From assembly GCA_028280285.1 (NCBI GenBank), contig JANQMA010000014.1:907-64906 (forward strand): a stretch of 64,000 nucleotides of DNA, written 5' to 3'. A program made the translations under genes and the position numbers. Below the pieces are notes generated by a model that had not been told where the DNA came from, searched no databases, and saw nothing but the letters and a program-made list of their open reading frames with translations. Every line of letters starts with the position of its first letter. The stretch's first letter is position 1. Source of the DNA: Candidatus Omnitrophota bacterium. Its GTDB lineage: Bacteria; Omnitrophota; Gorgyraeia; Zapsychrales; Zapsychraceae. This document shows, piece by piece, positions 48,825-58,011 of this stretch.

Positions 48825-49796
48825 ATGAACGATCATAACAAAACTCCAATCACAATCGTTGCTGGCTTTTTAGGCGCAGGTAAAACGACTTTACTGAACA
48901 ACATGCTTTCTTTGCGGAAGGATCGTAAATTAGCTGTTATTGTTAATGATTTCGGTTCGATTAACATTGATAGCCGTTTAATCAAGTCCGTTGATGAAGG
49001 TATCATTGAATTATCTGATGGATGTGTTTGCTGTAGCATCCGGGCAAAGTTTTTTGACACAGTTATGCAATTATTAAAATCTTCTTATGCCCCTGATCAT
49101 ATCATTGTTGAATGCAGTGGTATATCCGATCCGGGATTGGTTTCAACCACATTACTTTCGCCTATGCTTCGACCTTTATTAAAGGTTGATGGAGTTATTA
49201 CTGTCGTTGATGCCAAGAATGTGCTGTCATTCTACAAAGCGTATCCGACACTAGTTGAAAAACAAATAGAATTTTCTAATTTTGTTGTTCTTAATAAGAT
49301 TGATCTGATTTCAAAGGAGATTAAAACAGAGGCTATAAATTTTGTTAGAAAGGTCCAGCCTGAGGTTCGTATTATTGAAGCAGTTAATGCGAATGTGCCG
49401 GTTGATCTATTATTAGGATTTTCAGAGGGTAATGGTGAGTTGGATAATTCGCTCAACGAAGAATTAAATGAGTATGATACGACACAATGGTTTGACTCGA
49501 TAAGTTATCGAACCGATAAAGTATTTTCTAAAAGGGCGTTAAATGATTGGAAAGATCACTTGCCTCCTGAGATTGTTAGGGCTAAAGGTATACTCAATTT
49601 GGGCAAGAAAGAAGGTATCGTTAATTTTAGTTTAGTCGGCAGTTGGAGTAAATTCGAAAAAATGACAGCTGTAACTGAAATAAGTGAGTCCGAAATGGTT
49701 TTGATTGGCAGTAAAGGATGGGCAGAGGACTACGATATTAATAAAAAATTGGATCAATGTTTAGAAGGCAATTATAAGGAAAGCGGTAAATGTTAA
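48825..49796 (+). CDS. COG0523/CobW-family metallochaperone GTPase
   Basis: GFLGAGKTT, GCVCC, ECSG, NKID, RAKG. Confidence 0.92.
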   Translation: MNDHNKTPITIVAGFLGAGKTTLLNNMLSLRKDRKLAVIVNDFGSINIDSRLIKSVDEGIIELSDGCVCCSIRAKFFDTVMQLLKSSYAPDHIIVECSGISDPGLVSTTLLSPMLRPLLKVDGVITVVDAKNVLSFYKAYPTLVEKQIEFSNFVVLNKIDLISKEIKTEAINFVRKVQPEVRIIEAVNANVPVDLLLGFSEGNGELDNSLNEELNEYDTTQWFDSISYRTDKVFSKRALNDWKDHLPPEIVRAKGILNLGKKEGIVNFSLVGSWSKFEKMTAVTEISESEMVLIGSKGWAEDYDINKKLDQCLEGNYKESGKC

Positions 49797-51238
49797 AAGT
49801 CTATAATTCTCTTACACGAACAAAGGAAGAATTTAAAACACTTGAACCCAACAAGGTAAAAATGTATGTCTGTGGGCCGACAGTTTACGATCTTTTGCAT
49901 ATCGGTAATTTTCGCGGTGCGATTATCTTCAATTTGGTTCGTAATTGGCTTGAGCAGTCTGGTTATGAAGTTACGTTTGTTTATAATTATACAGACATCG
50001 ATGACAAAATTATCAATAAGGCCAATGAGGAAGGAAAAGATGCGCTGGATGTTTCACGGCATTATATAGAGAAATTTAAAGAAGATTATGCCGCGTTAAA
50101 GCTTCCGGCCCATTCACATAATCCAAAATGTAGCGATTATATGCCGCAAATGGTTGAATTTATCAATACGCTGATTGAAAAAGGCAATGCTTATGAGGTG
50201 GATGGTTCTGTGTTTTATGCGATTGACAGTTTTGATGAATACGGAAAGTTAAGTGGCAAGAATATTGAGCAACTCCAAGCGGGGTATCGTGTCGACTCTG
50301 ATAAACGAAAACGAAATCTTCTTGATTTCATATTATGGAAGCCGGCGAAGGAAGGAGAGCCGGCGTGGGATTCCCCGTGGGGAGCTGGCCGGCCCGGATG
50401 GCATATTGAATGTTCAACGATGAATTATGCTATTCATGGTGAACAAATTGATATTCACGGTGGAGGAATTGATTTAATTTTTCCACATCATGAAAACGAA
50501 ATTGCTCAAACCGAAGCAAGGACAGGCAAGCAATTTGCGACCTATTGGATGCATAATAATTTCATTAATATGGGTGATGAAAAAATGTCCAAGTCTTTAG
50601 GCAATATTCTAAAGGCGCGCGATTTTATACAAAAATATCATTCCGAAATTTTAAAATTCCTTATTCTTTCTGTTCATTATCGTTCATTGTTAAATGCCAA
50701 CAAAGTGGCCGTTGAGCAAGCTATTGTTGGACTGAGACGTATTTATGGCGCATTACTGGAAGCGGGGAAAATTGTTAATCAAACTAAAGAAATCGGTGAG
50801 CATTTAGATTTCCAAAAGAAAATTGAACAAGCAGATAAAGAAGTGACTGCTGCGCTTAATGATGACTTTAATACGCCGCAGACTTTTGCCGCCATTTTTG
50901 AAATTGTGCGTACGTTTAATGGAGTATGTAAAGAGAAAGGGAAGTTACCCGTCAAGGCTGGGGCAGCAAAAATATTTATCGATTGGGTTAAAGCTAAAGG
51001 ACAATTGATGGGATTATTCCAAGAAGTCCCATCGGAATTATTACAGAGATTAAACGAAATATTGTTAGAGGAGAAAGGTTTATCGAGCGATAAGATTTTG
51101 GGATTAATGAAAGAACGTTGGACGGCACGTGAGGAGAAAAATTACAAACGGGCAGATGAAATTCGTGATGAACTGCTTGCGATGGGTGTGGAAGTCAAGG
51201 ACGGGGTTGAAGGAGTTCAGTGGCAAGTGAAGGCATGA
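49790..51238 (+). CDS. cysS: Cysteine--tRNA ligase
   Basis: CGPTVY, HIGN, GWHIECS, FPHHENE, KMSKS. Confidence 0.97.
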   Translation: MLKVYNSLTRTKEEFKTLEPNKVKMYVCGPTVYDLLHIGNFRGAIIFNLVRNWLEQSGYEVTFVYNYTDIDDKIINKANEEGKDALDVSRHYIEKFKEDYAALKLPAHSHNPKCSDYMPQMVEFINTLIEKGNAYEVDGSVFYAIDSFDEYGKLSGKNIEQLQAGYRVDSDKRKRNLLDFILWKPAKEGEPAWDSPWGAGRPGWHIECSTMNYAIHGEQIDIHGGGIDLIFPHHENEIAQTEARTGKQFATYWMHNNFINMGDEKMSKSLGNILKARDFIQKYHSEILKFLILSVHYRSLLNANKVAVEQAIVGLRRIYGALLEAGKIVNQTKEIGEHLDFQKKIEQADKEVTAALNDDFNTPQTFAAIFEIVRTFNGVCKEKGKLPVKAGAAKIFIDWVKAKGQLMGLFQEVPSELLQRLNEILLEEKGLSSDKILGLMKERWTAREEKNYKRADEIRDELLAMGVEVKDGVEGVQWQVKA

Positions 51239-51283
51239 GCGACTTTAAAGAAATTTTAAACAGGTTATCTAAAAGGAGAAAAA

Positions 51284-51772
51284 ATGAGTGATAAGCTTGA
51301 AATATTTGGGGTAAGAAATAGCGTAGAAGAAGTTGAAGAGGGTAATTTTCTCGCGCCTAAATTTGATAAAGACGGGTTAATTCCGGTCGTCACAACAGAC
51401 TATGATACCGGAGAAGTTTTGATGCATGCCTACATGAATAATGAGGCTCTGGCTAAAACAATCGAAATCGGTGAGGCGGTTTACTATAGCCGCAGCCGTA
51501 AGGTTATATGGCATAAAGGGGCAACCAGTGGTCTTGTTCAAAAAGTAAAAGAGTTACGGATTGATGATGATCAAGATTGTGTTTGGATGCGTGTTGACGT
51601 TCAAGGTGGCGCGAGTTGTCATGTCGGTTATCGTTCTTGTTTTTATAGAAGTGTTAATTTTGCGGATAAAGCAAAAGGTCAAGAGCCTGTTCAGCTTAAT
51701 TTTGAAGAAACACAGAAAGTGTTTGACCCCAAAGAAGTCTATGGAGACGCTCCCAATCCAACACAGCTTTAG
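51284..51772 (+). CDS. hisI: Phosphoribosyl-AMP cyclohydrolase (DDDQD variant)
   Basis: [27 protein letters not shown]. Confidence 0.92.
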   Translation: MSDKLEIFGVRNSVEEVEEGNFLAPKFDKDGLIPVVTTDYDTGEVLMHAYMNNEALAKTIEIGEAVYYSRSRKVIWHKGATSGLVQKVKELRIDDDQDCVWMRVDVQGGASCHVGYRSCFYRSVNFADKAKGQEPVQLNFEETQKVFDPKEVYGDAPNPTQL

Positions 51773-51776
51773 AGTC

Positions 51777-51813
51777 AAAGGGGTCAGAGCAAAAATTTGC
51801 TCTGACCCTTTTT
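51777..51813. repeat. GGGGTCAGAG...CTCTGACCC palindrome (REP-like; may act as terminator)
   Basis: aaaggggtcagagcaaa-aa-tttgctctgaccctttt. Confidence 0.6.
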
Positions 51814-51836
51814 AAAAGAAAAGAAAGGAAGAAAAA

Positions 51837-53042
51837 ATGAAGAAAGTTGTTTTATTAATGATCATCATGAGTTTTGCGATGTGCTCACTCGCTCATGCAG
51901 ACATCAATGAAGAAGTTCTTCGTGAGCTGCGCGCTTTAAAAGCACGCGTGATTGAGCTTGAAGCAAAAGTTCAGCAATATGAGCGCCAAGATATGGCCCG
52001 TACGCATGATGACCATGCCGGGCATGATGATCATCACGGACATGATCACGCAGCAGATGAAAAATGGGGCCCGTTTGGCGAGCATGATCATGGTGGGTTA
52101 GATTTTGACCGCATATCGATTCATGGAGGAGTTGACCTTCGCCTGACCGATGCTGAGGAAGCAGAAAAAGATGCTGTTCTGCAAGAGGCGGAAATCGCAC
52201 TTGAGGCAGAATTAACGGATTGGTTAACCGGTTTTGTGAGCATCACCAAAGAAAATGGTGAATCGGCCGCTGTTGAAGAAGCTTTTGGTGAGATGACTAT
52301 CGATGAATGGAACCTGAAGCTTAAAGGGGGGAAGTATTTTGTTCCTTTTGGTGCTCTTAATCAATTTGAATACTTTGATCGCCCTACCATTACCCGTTCC
52401 CCGATGGAAGAAGATTTCTTTGGTGAAGAACCTTGGATTGATACAGGGGCCACAGCGCAATTATTATTGCCTGAATTCGTTGATGGGTGGAAATCAGCTT
52501 TAACCGTTGGTTTATTTAATGGGGATAACGAAGCAAGCTTCGGTGACGATGACGAGGCGACATCAGAAAGCAATAACAATTTCCCTCTTTTGGTCCGCTA
52601 CCAAAAACATTATGAGGACGATTGGGGTTCTTTGAGTGGTGGATTTTCCTTTGCGCATGGGAATTCCGATGCCGCTGAAGATTTTGAGACAACAGTTAAA
52701 GGGGCCGATTTAGCACTTAATATCGGCAATTTTGACTTTCTTTTCGAGTATATTCATCGTGATAAAGAAGAAGCTGGCAATGGGTTAGTTGGTTATGGGT
52801 ATGATCTCAGTGCCTCATACACCGTGCCGCTCGAATATAAGTATCTGGAGTATGTAGAATTTCTTTTTGCCTACGGCATGAGTGATGCGAGCGAATCGAC
52901 CGAGAAAGAGCGCTTCGTACCGCAGCTGACGCTTGGCTTTACAGAGAATACAAAGCTACGCTTTCTCTATGAATTCCTAGAAGAGAAGCCAACGGATACA
53001 GACAATAATCGCTTCATATCCCAATTTGCATTCCAATTTTAA
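51837..53042 (+). CDS. Outer-membrane beta-barrel protein with His-rich N-terminus (metal uptake)
   Basis: Signal peptide, coiled coil, HDDHAGHDDHHGHDH, beta-strand pattern, terminal Phe (QFAFQF). Confidence 0.75.
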   Translation: MKKVVLLMIIMSFAMCSLAHADINEEVLRELRALKARVIELEAKVQQYERQDMARTHDDHAGHDDHHGHDHAADEKWGPFGEHDHGGLDFDRISIHGGVDLRLTDAEEAEKDAVLQEAEIALEAELTDWLTGFVSITKENGESAAVEEAFGEMTIDEWNLKLKGGKYFVPFGALNQFEYFDRPTITRSPMEEDFFGEEPWIDTGATAQLLLPEFVDGWKSALTVGLFNGDNEASFGDDDEATSESNNNFPLLVRYQKHYEDDWGSLSGGFSFAHGNSDAAEDFETTVKGADLALNIGNFDFLFEYIHRDKEEAGNGLVGYGYDLSASYTVPLEYKYLEYVEFLFAYGMSDASESTEKERFVPQLTLGFTENTKLRFLYEFLEEKPTDTDNNRFISQFAFQF

Positions 53043-53054
53043 TTAATTATAAAA

Positions 53055-53140
53055 AGCCTATTCAACTGCGTCAGTTGAATAGGCTCCAATTAGACCTAAC
53101 CTCAAGGGTGTTCTAACGACACCCTTGACTTTTTTATTTT
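53055..53140 (+). terminator. Two hairpins; the second is followed by a U tract
   Basis: agcctattcaactg-cgt-cagttgaataggct; tcaagggtgt...acacccttga-ctttttt. Confidence 0.65.
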
Positions 53141-53142
53141 AG

Positions 53143-53159
53143 ATGATACACTGTCTCAT
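53143..53159 (+). promoter_or_regulatory. Palindromic operator overlapping the -10 of the second Fur-family gene
   Basis: ATGATACACTGTCTCAT; TTGACT at 53125, TACACT at 53147. Confidence 0.6.
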
Positions 53160-53171
53160 ATAAAGGATAAT

Positions 53172-53615
53172 ATGGATCAACGGATTAATAATGAAAAGGA
53201 AAAGTTTGTCAGCTTTCTTGAGAAAAACAGGGTTAGGTTCACACCGGCCCGTAAGATCGTTTTTGAAGAAGTGATGAAGGCGCACGGGCATTTTGCGGCT
53301 GAGGAGCTGGTCAAACAGTGTAAAAAGCATAAGCGTAATGTTTCCCGCGCAAGTGTTTACCGGTGCCTCCGTGAGATGTTGGAGGCAGGCATCATCCGCC
53401 AGACAGCCTATGGGGAGAAACATGCCCATTTTGAGCATATTTATGATGAAAAACCACATCACCACGCGCGCTGCATTCGGTGTGGTGATCTATTGGAAAT
53501 ACCTGATTTAGATGAAGAAAAACTTTACGCATCAATCCTTAAAAAGAAGAATTTTAAGGTAATCGGCCATGAAATGGTTTTTTATGGATTGTGCGATAGA
53601 TGTCAAGATGACTAA
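53172..53615 (+). CDS. Fur-family regulator (Mur/Zur-like)
   Basis: RFTPAR, ASVYR, HHHARCIRCG, GLCDRC. Confidence 0.88.
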   Translation: MDQRINNEKEKFVSFLEKNRVRFTPARKIVFEEVMKAHGHFAAEELVKQCKKHKRNVSRASVYRCLREMLEAGIIRQTAYGEKHAHFEHIYDEKPHHHARCIRCGDLLEIPDLDEEKLYASILKKKNFKVIGHEMVFYGLCDRCQDD

Positions 53616-53632
53616 AATTTTTTAACTATAAA

Positions 53633-53649
53633 ATGAGATAGTATCTCAC
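53633..53649 (+). promoter_or_regulatory. Palindromic operator upstream of troA
   Basis: ATGAGATAGTATCTCAC, matching the 53143 box (TGA(G/T)A-N5-TCTCA). Confidence 0.65.
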
Positions 53650-53669
53650 TTTAAGGAAGCGAGGAACCT

Positions 53670-54575
53670 GTGAAAAAATTATTTCTTTTCACAATTATGT
53701 TAAGTTTCGTATTAACCGCTCAGCCAGCTGTGGCGCAAAAAAAGCTTAATGTGGTCACCACGATCGGCCAAATCACCGATATCGTCACAATCATTGGTGG
53801 TGAAAATATAGAGGTAACGGGCCTAATGGGGGCAGGTGTTGATCCGCACCTTTACCGCGCTTCGGAGGGAGATGTTCATATTCTCTCAAAAGCTGATGTT
53901 ATTTTTTATAATGGGCTTAACTTGGAAGCCAAACTCGGCAAAATCTTAGCCAAAATGAAACGTGATAAAACAATTGTTGCCTTAGGAGAAAGCGTGCCGA
54001 AAAATTTACTACTTGATAGCGAGGATTACGTAGGGCACTCTGATCCTCATGTTTGGTTTAATGTCGAGCACTGGAGCCTTGTTGCCCAAAAAATAAGTAA
54101 TGTCCTGATCGAAAAAGATCCGGATCATACCGCTGATTATCAAAAAAACACCGATAAACTCATTGCCAGACTTAAAACGCTCCAAACATATGTTCTTAAT
54201 AGATCACAAGAGTTAAATAAAACACAACGTGTTTTGGTCACCGCCCATGATGCCTTTCGTTATTTCGGAAAAAAGTATGACTTTGAAGTTGTAGGCTTAC
54301 AAGGTATAAGCACTGAATCGGAAGCAGGCACAAAGGACGTCGCTGAACTGGCCGATTTTATCGCAGAGCGAAAGATCAAGGCCATCTTTATCGAATCGTC
54401 TGTTCCTGAACGTAATATCAAAGCGGTGCAGGAAGCTGTAAACGCGCGCGGCTGGAATGTTGAAATCGGTGGAGAACTTTTCTCAGACGCTATGGGTGAT
54501 GAAGGTACCGTGGAAGGAACATATATCGGCATGATTACGCATAATATCGATACGATTGTCGGTGCGTTAAAATAG
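53670..54575 (+). CDS. troA: Mn/Zn/Fe ABC transporter substrate-binding protein
   Basis: GVDPHLY, DPHVW, TAHDAFRYF, ELFSDAMG. Confidence 0.85.
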   Translation: MKKLFLFTIMLSFVLTAQPAVAQKKLNVVTTIGQITDIVTIIGGENIEVTGLMGAGVDPHLYRASEGDVHILSKADVIFYNGLNLEAKLGKILAKMKRDKTIVALGESVPKNLLLDSEDYVGHSDPHVWFNVEHWSLVAQKISNVLIEKDPDHTADYQKNTDKLIARLKTLQTYVLNRSQELNKTQRVLVTAHDAFRYFGKKYDFEVVGLQGISTESEAGTKDVAELADFIAERKIKAIFIESSVPERNIKAVQEAVNARGWNVEIGGELFSDAMGDEGTVEGTYIGMITHNIDTIVGALK

Positions 54576-54645
54576 GTGAAAGGTAAAAGATGAATGGTAA
54601 AAGATTGAAATTATTTTTAACCTTTAACCTTCAACCCTTAACCTT
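54574..54645. repeat. Heptamer-repeat palindrome (AGGTAAA type)
   Basis: aggtgaa aggtaaa agatgaa tggtaaa ... ttaacct ttaacct tcaaccc ttaacct. Confidence 0.8.
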
Positions 54646-54666
54646 ACAAGTAAGGATAAACAAACA

Positions 54667-55428
54667 ATGACCAAACAAACTGAACTTTCTGCCATATCAA
54701 TCAATGACCTGACGGTTGCTTATAATGAGAAGCCTGTTTTGTGGGATATTGACTTTCATGCGCCACAAGGGGTGCTGCTCGCCATCGTCGGTCCAAACGG
54801 AGCTGGTAAATCAACACTGATAAAATCTATCCTTGGGTTGGTGAAACCTGCCGCCGGACAGATTCTTGTCTTTGACAATGACTACCGTCCGCAATCAAGG
54901 CTGATCGGTTATGTACCGCAAAAGAATTCTGTCGACTGGGATTTCCCAACCAGTGTACTTGATGTTGTCATGATGGGCTGTTACGGCGAACTCGGCTGGT
55001 TTAAACGCCCGAGCCACAAAGAACGTGAGCTCGCTATCAACTGTCTGGAAAAAGTCGGTATGAAGGAATTTATGAACCGGCAAATTAGTCAACTCTCCGG
55101 CGGCCAGCAGCAGCGTGTTTTTATTGCGCGTGCCTTTATGCAGGATGCGCCTATTTATTTAATGGATGAGCCGTTTGCCGGTGTTGATGCGGCCACCGAA
55201 AAAAGTATTATCGCTCTTTTAAGAGAGTTAAAGGACAAAGGCAAGACGGTTATCTGCGTTCATCATGATCTTCAAACACTCAAAGAATATTTTGACTGGG
55301 TAATGCTCCTTAATGTGCGGCGCCTCGCATTGGGACCTGTGAATGAAGTGTTAACAGCACAAAATCTGAAGAAAGCTTATGGAGGAAAGGCAGGGTTCCT
55401 CGCGGGGATGAATACGGAGGAGAAATAA
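54667..55428 (+). CDS. troB: Metal ABC transporter ATP-binding protein
   Basis: GPNGAGKS, VDWDFP, LSGGQQQR, VHHDL. Confidence 0.85.
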   Translation: MTKQTELSAISINDLTVAYNEKPVLWDIDFHAPQGVLLAIVGPNGAGKSTLIKSILGLVKPAAGQILVFDNDYRPQSRLIGYVPQKNSVDWDFPTSVLDVVMMGCYGELGWFKRPSHKERELAINCLEKVGMKEFMNRQISQLSGGQQQRVFIARAFMQDAPIYLMDEPFAGVDAATEKSIIALLRELKDKGKTVICVHHDLQTLKEYFDWVMLLNVRRLALGPVNEVLTAQNLKKAYGGKAGFLAGMNTEEK

Positions 55429-55440
55429 AAGAACTAAAGC

Positions 55441-55507
55441 GTAATTAGTCGTTAGTCATTGGTCATTAGTGTTTAATAGTTCTAATGACTAAAGACCAAT
55501 GACCAAA
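55441..55507. repeat. Heptamer-repeat palindrome (TAGTCAT type)
   Basis: tagtcgt tagtcat tggtcat tagt ... cta atgacta aagacca atgacca. Confidence 0.8.
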
Positions 55508-55514
55508 GATCAAA

Positions 55515-56654
55515 ATGATTGAATTTATCATCACATTATTTTCCGACCACACGCTACGCATTGTTGCCCTAGGCGCGATCACCATCGGTATAACCGCCGG
55601 AAGCCTTGGAGCCTTTGCCGTCCTGCGTCAACAAAGCTTACTTGGAGATGCCATTGCGCACGCAACACTCCCCGGGGTGTGCCTTGCATTTTTAATCACA
55701 CAAAGTAAAAGCAGTTTAATACTTCTTATCGGCGCAGCATTAGCCGGCTGGATCGGAACATTATTTTTGATGCTGATTACTCGAAATACACGGATTAAAA
55801 AGGATGCTGCGCTCGGCATTATTTTATCGGTCTTTTTTGGATTCGGTTTGGTATTACTTACCATTGTTCAAAAACTACCGACGGCAACGAAAGCAGGGCT
55901 AAATAAATTTTTATTCGGTAATGCCGCGACGCTCCTTCAAGAAGATCTGACAATTATTGCCACATTAAGTGCGGTTGTCCTCATGACACTTTTACTTTTA
56001 TGGAAAGAGGTGAAGGTATGCGTGTTTGATGAAGGATTTGCCAAAAGCATAGGGATTAAGATAACATTTGTCGATATTCTTTTAACTACACTGATTGTTA
56101 TCGCCATTGTGATTGGCCTGCAAACCGTTGGTGTTGTGCTTATGAGCGCCATGCTTGTTGCGCCGGCCGCTGCCGCCCGGCAATGGACGGACAATTTAAG
56201 TGTTATGGTTTTGTTATCGGCTGCTTTTGGTGCCTTATCCGGGTTATCAGGAGCTATAACAAGCAGCCTGGTGAGCAATCTTCCTACGGGGCCGACAATT
56301 GTAATTTTCTTAAGTACGTTGGTTGTAATTTCTTTATGTTTTGCGCCACGTAGAGGCATTATGTGGGATATCATCCGTTATAATAAAAGCCGTAAACAAA
56401 TCCAGACAACAACTATGCTTAAAAACCTTTTGCTGTTTTCAGAAATTAATACAAACGATCCGTTTCATCCGCATGATATTGCCGCTTTGGATGCGATCGG
56501 ACGCGGGGCCATCGATCAGACGATGCAGGAGTTAAAAAACAAAGGATGGGCCCAGCAGTTTAAAGATAAACGCTGGGCACTAACGCCTGTCGGACTAAAA
56601 GAGGCCAGAAGTTTGACAGAGGAGTATGAGAAGGGATTAATTACAGAAAATTAA
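55515..56654 (+). CDS. troC: Metal ABC transporter permease with C-terminal soluble extension
   Basis: GDAIAHATLPG, FLFG, APAAAARQW. Confidence 0.8.
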   Translation: MIEFIITLFSDHTLRIVALGAITIGITAGSLGAFAVLRQQSLLGDAIAHATLPGVCLAFLITQSKSSLILLIGAALAGWIGTLFLMLITRNTRIKKDAALGIILSVFFGFGLVLLTIVQKLPTATKAGLNKFLFGNAATLLQEDLTIIATLSAVVLMTLLLLWKEVKVCVFDEGFAKSIGIKITFVDILLTTLIVIAIVIGLQTVGVVLMSAMLVAPAAAARQWTDNLSVMVLLSAAFGALSGLSGAITSSLVSNLPTGPTIVIFLSTLVVISLCFAPRRGIMWDIIRYNKSRKQIQTTTMLKNLLLFSEINTNDPFHPHDIAALDAIGRGAIDQTMQELKNKGWAQQFKDKRWALTPVGLKEARSLTEEYEKGLITEN

Positions 56655-56658
56655 AAAG

Positions 56659-56721
56659 TGATGCTAGATCCTTGATACTGGATATTTAATCTAGCATCCA
56701 GGATCTGGGATCCAGTATCCA
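56659..56721. repeat. Heptamer-repeat palindrome (GATGCTA type)
   Basis: gatgcta gatcctt gatactg gata ... tagcatc caggatc tgggatc cagtatc. Confidence 0.8.
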
Positions 56722-56732
56722 ACGTCTAGACT

Positions 56733-57845
56733 ATGCTCACAACACAATTCGAAATAATGTTGCTCGCATCACTCACGGCCGTCACATGCGCCTTGCCGGG
56801 GGTATTCCTCATTTTACGTCGGGTCGCCCTGATGAGTGATGCCATCAGTCACGCAATACTGCTCGGTATTGTTCTGGCTTTCTTTATAACAAAAAATCTT
56901 TCATCCCCATTATTGATTGTTGGGGCAACGCTTGTCGGAATACTCACTGTAAGTCTTACCGAGCTTATCATCCGCACGCACAAGCTCAAAAAAGATGCGG
57001 CGATCGGTTTGGTATTTCCGCTGCTTTTTTCCATCGGTGTAGTATTAATTAATAAATACACAGGCGATGTGCATATCGATGCCGACTGTGTGTTATTTGG
57101 TGAACTGGCCTTTGCACCGTTTAACCGATTATATATAAACGATATTGATTTGGGTCCGCAGGGGATTTGGGTTATATCGGCCGCTTTAATGCTTAACATC
57201 ACGTTTATCTTTTTCTTTTATAAAGAACTGAAATTATCCACCTTTGATGCCGGTCTTGCCGCAGCCTTAGGGTTCTTTCCGGGATTAATCCATTACGCGC
57301 TTATGACACTTGTCAGTATCACAGCCGTTTCCGCCTTTGAAAGCGTAGGTTCAATCCTTGTTGTTGCGCTTATGATTGCGCCACCGGCCGGCGCTTATCT
57401 TTTAACGAACAGACTCTCGCATATGATCTTTATTAGTGCAGGCATAGGCATTATTTCGGCCATCGGCGGCTACGGCATGGCCTACGCCTTTAATGCCAAC
57501 ATTGCCGGCTCCATGGCAACCATCAGCGGCGTGATCTTTATTCTGATTTTGTTTTTCGCCCCGGAAAGAGGAATCCTGGCCAATATGGTTGTGCGCAAAT
57601 GGCATAAGTGGGACTTTGCCGCTTCAACACTGACCGTACATCTCCTTCAGGCCGAGATAGAGGATGCGGATTATACCGAGCATATTGTCAGCCACATGAT
57701 CCGCCACATGAAATGGACACCGGAATACACCTCAGAAGTTATTGCCCAGTGCATTCAGGAAGAATTTATTGAAAAGCACGGCAGCAAGCTTGTCCTCACA
57801 CCCTATGGACGCGAAAAAGCCAATCTTTCTTTGGTTAAAAATTGA
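56733..57845 (+). CDS. troD: Metal ABC transporter permease with C-terminal soluble extension
   Basis: SDAISHAILLG, HIDADCVLFGE, AFESVGSILV. Confidence 0.8.
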   Translation: MLTTQFEIMLLASLTAVTCALPGVFLILRRVALMSDAISHAILLGIVLAFFITKNLSSPLLIVGATLVGILTVSLTELIIRTHKLKKDAAIGLVFPLLFSIGVVLINKYTGDVHIDADCVLFGELAFAPFNRLYINDIDLGPQGIWVISAALMLNITFIFFFYKELKLSTFDAGLAAALGFFPGLIHYALMTLVSITAVSAFESVGSILVVALMIAPPAGAYLLTNRLSHMIFISAGIGIISAIGGYGMAYAFNANIAGSMATISGVIFILILFFAPERGILANMVVRKWHKWDFAASTLTVHLLQAEIEDADYTEHIVSHMIRHMKWTPEYTSEVIAQCIQEEFIEKHGSKLVLTPYGREKANLSLVKN

Positions 57846-58011
57846 TACTCCCGCTGTGAGCTATGCAAGCTCTCAACGGGTACCTAAGTGTCCCAGGATA
57901 AACTAGGACATACCAGGACAGCCCAGCATGTCCCATTGAAAGCGCTTTCTTTTATGTTATCCTTTTAAAACAAATATTTTAAGAATATTAATCAAACTAA
58001 GGGGATATATT

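Noticed and set aside
6864-56721. Short repeat arrays as CRISPR arrays
   Set aside because: Units are 7 nt and tandem, with no unique spacers and no cas genes.
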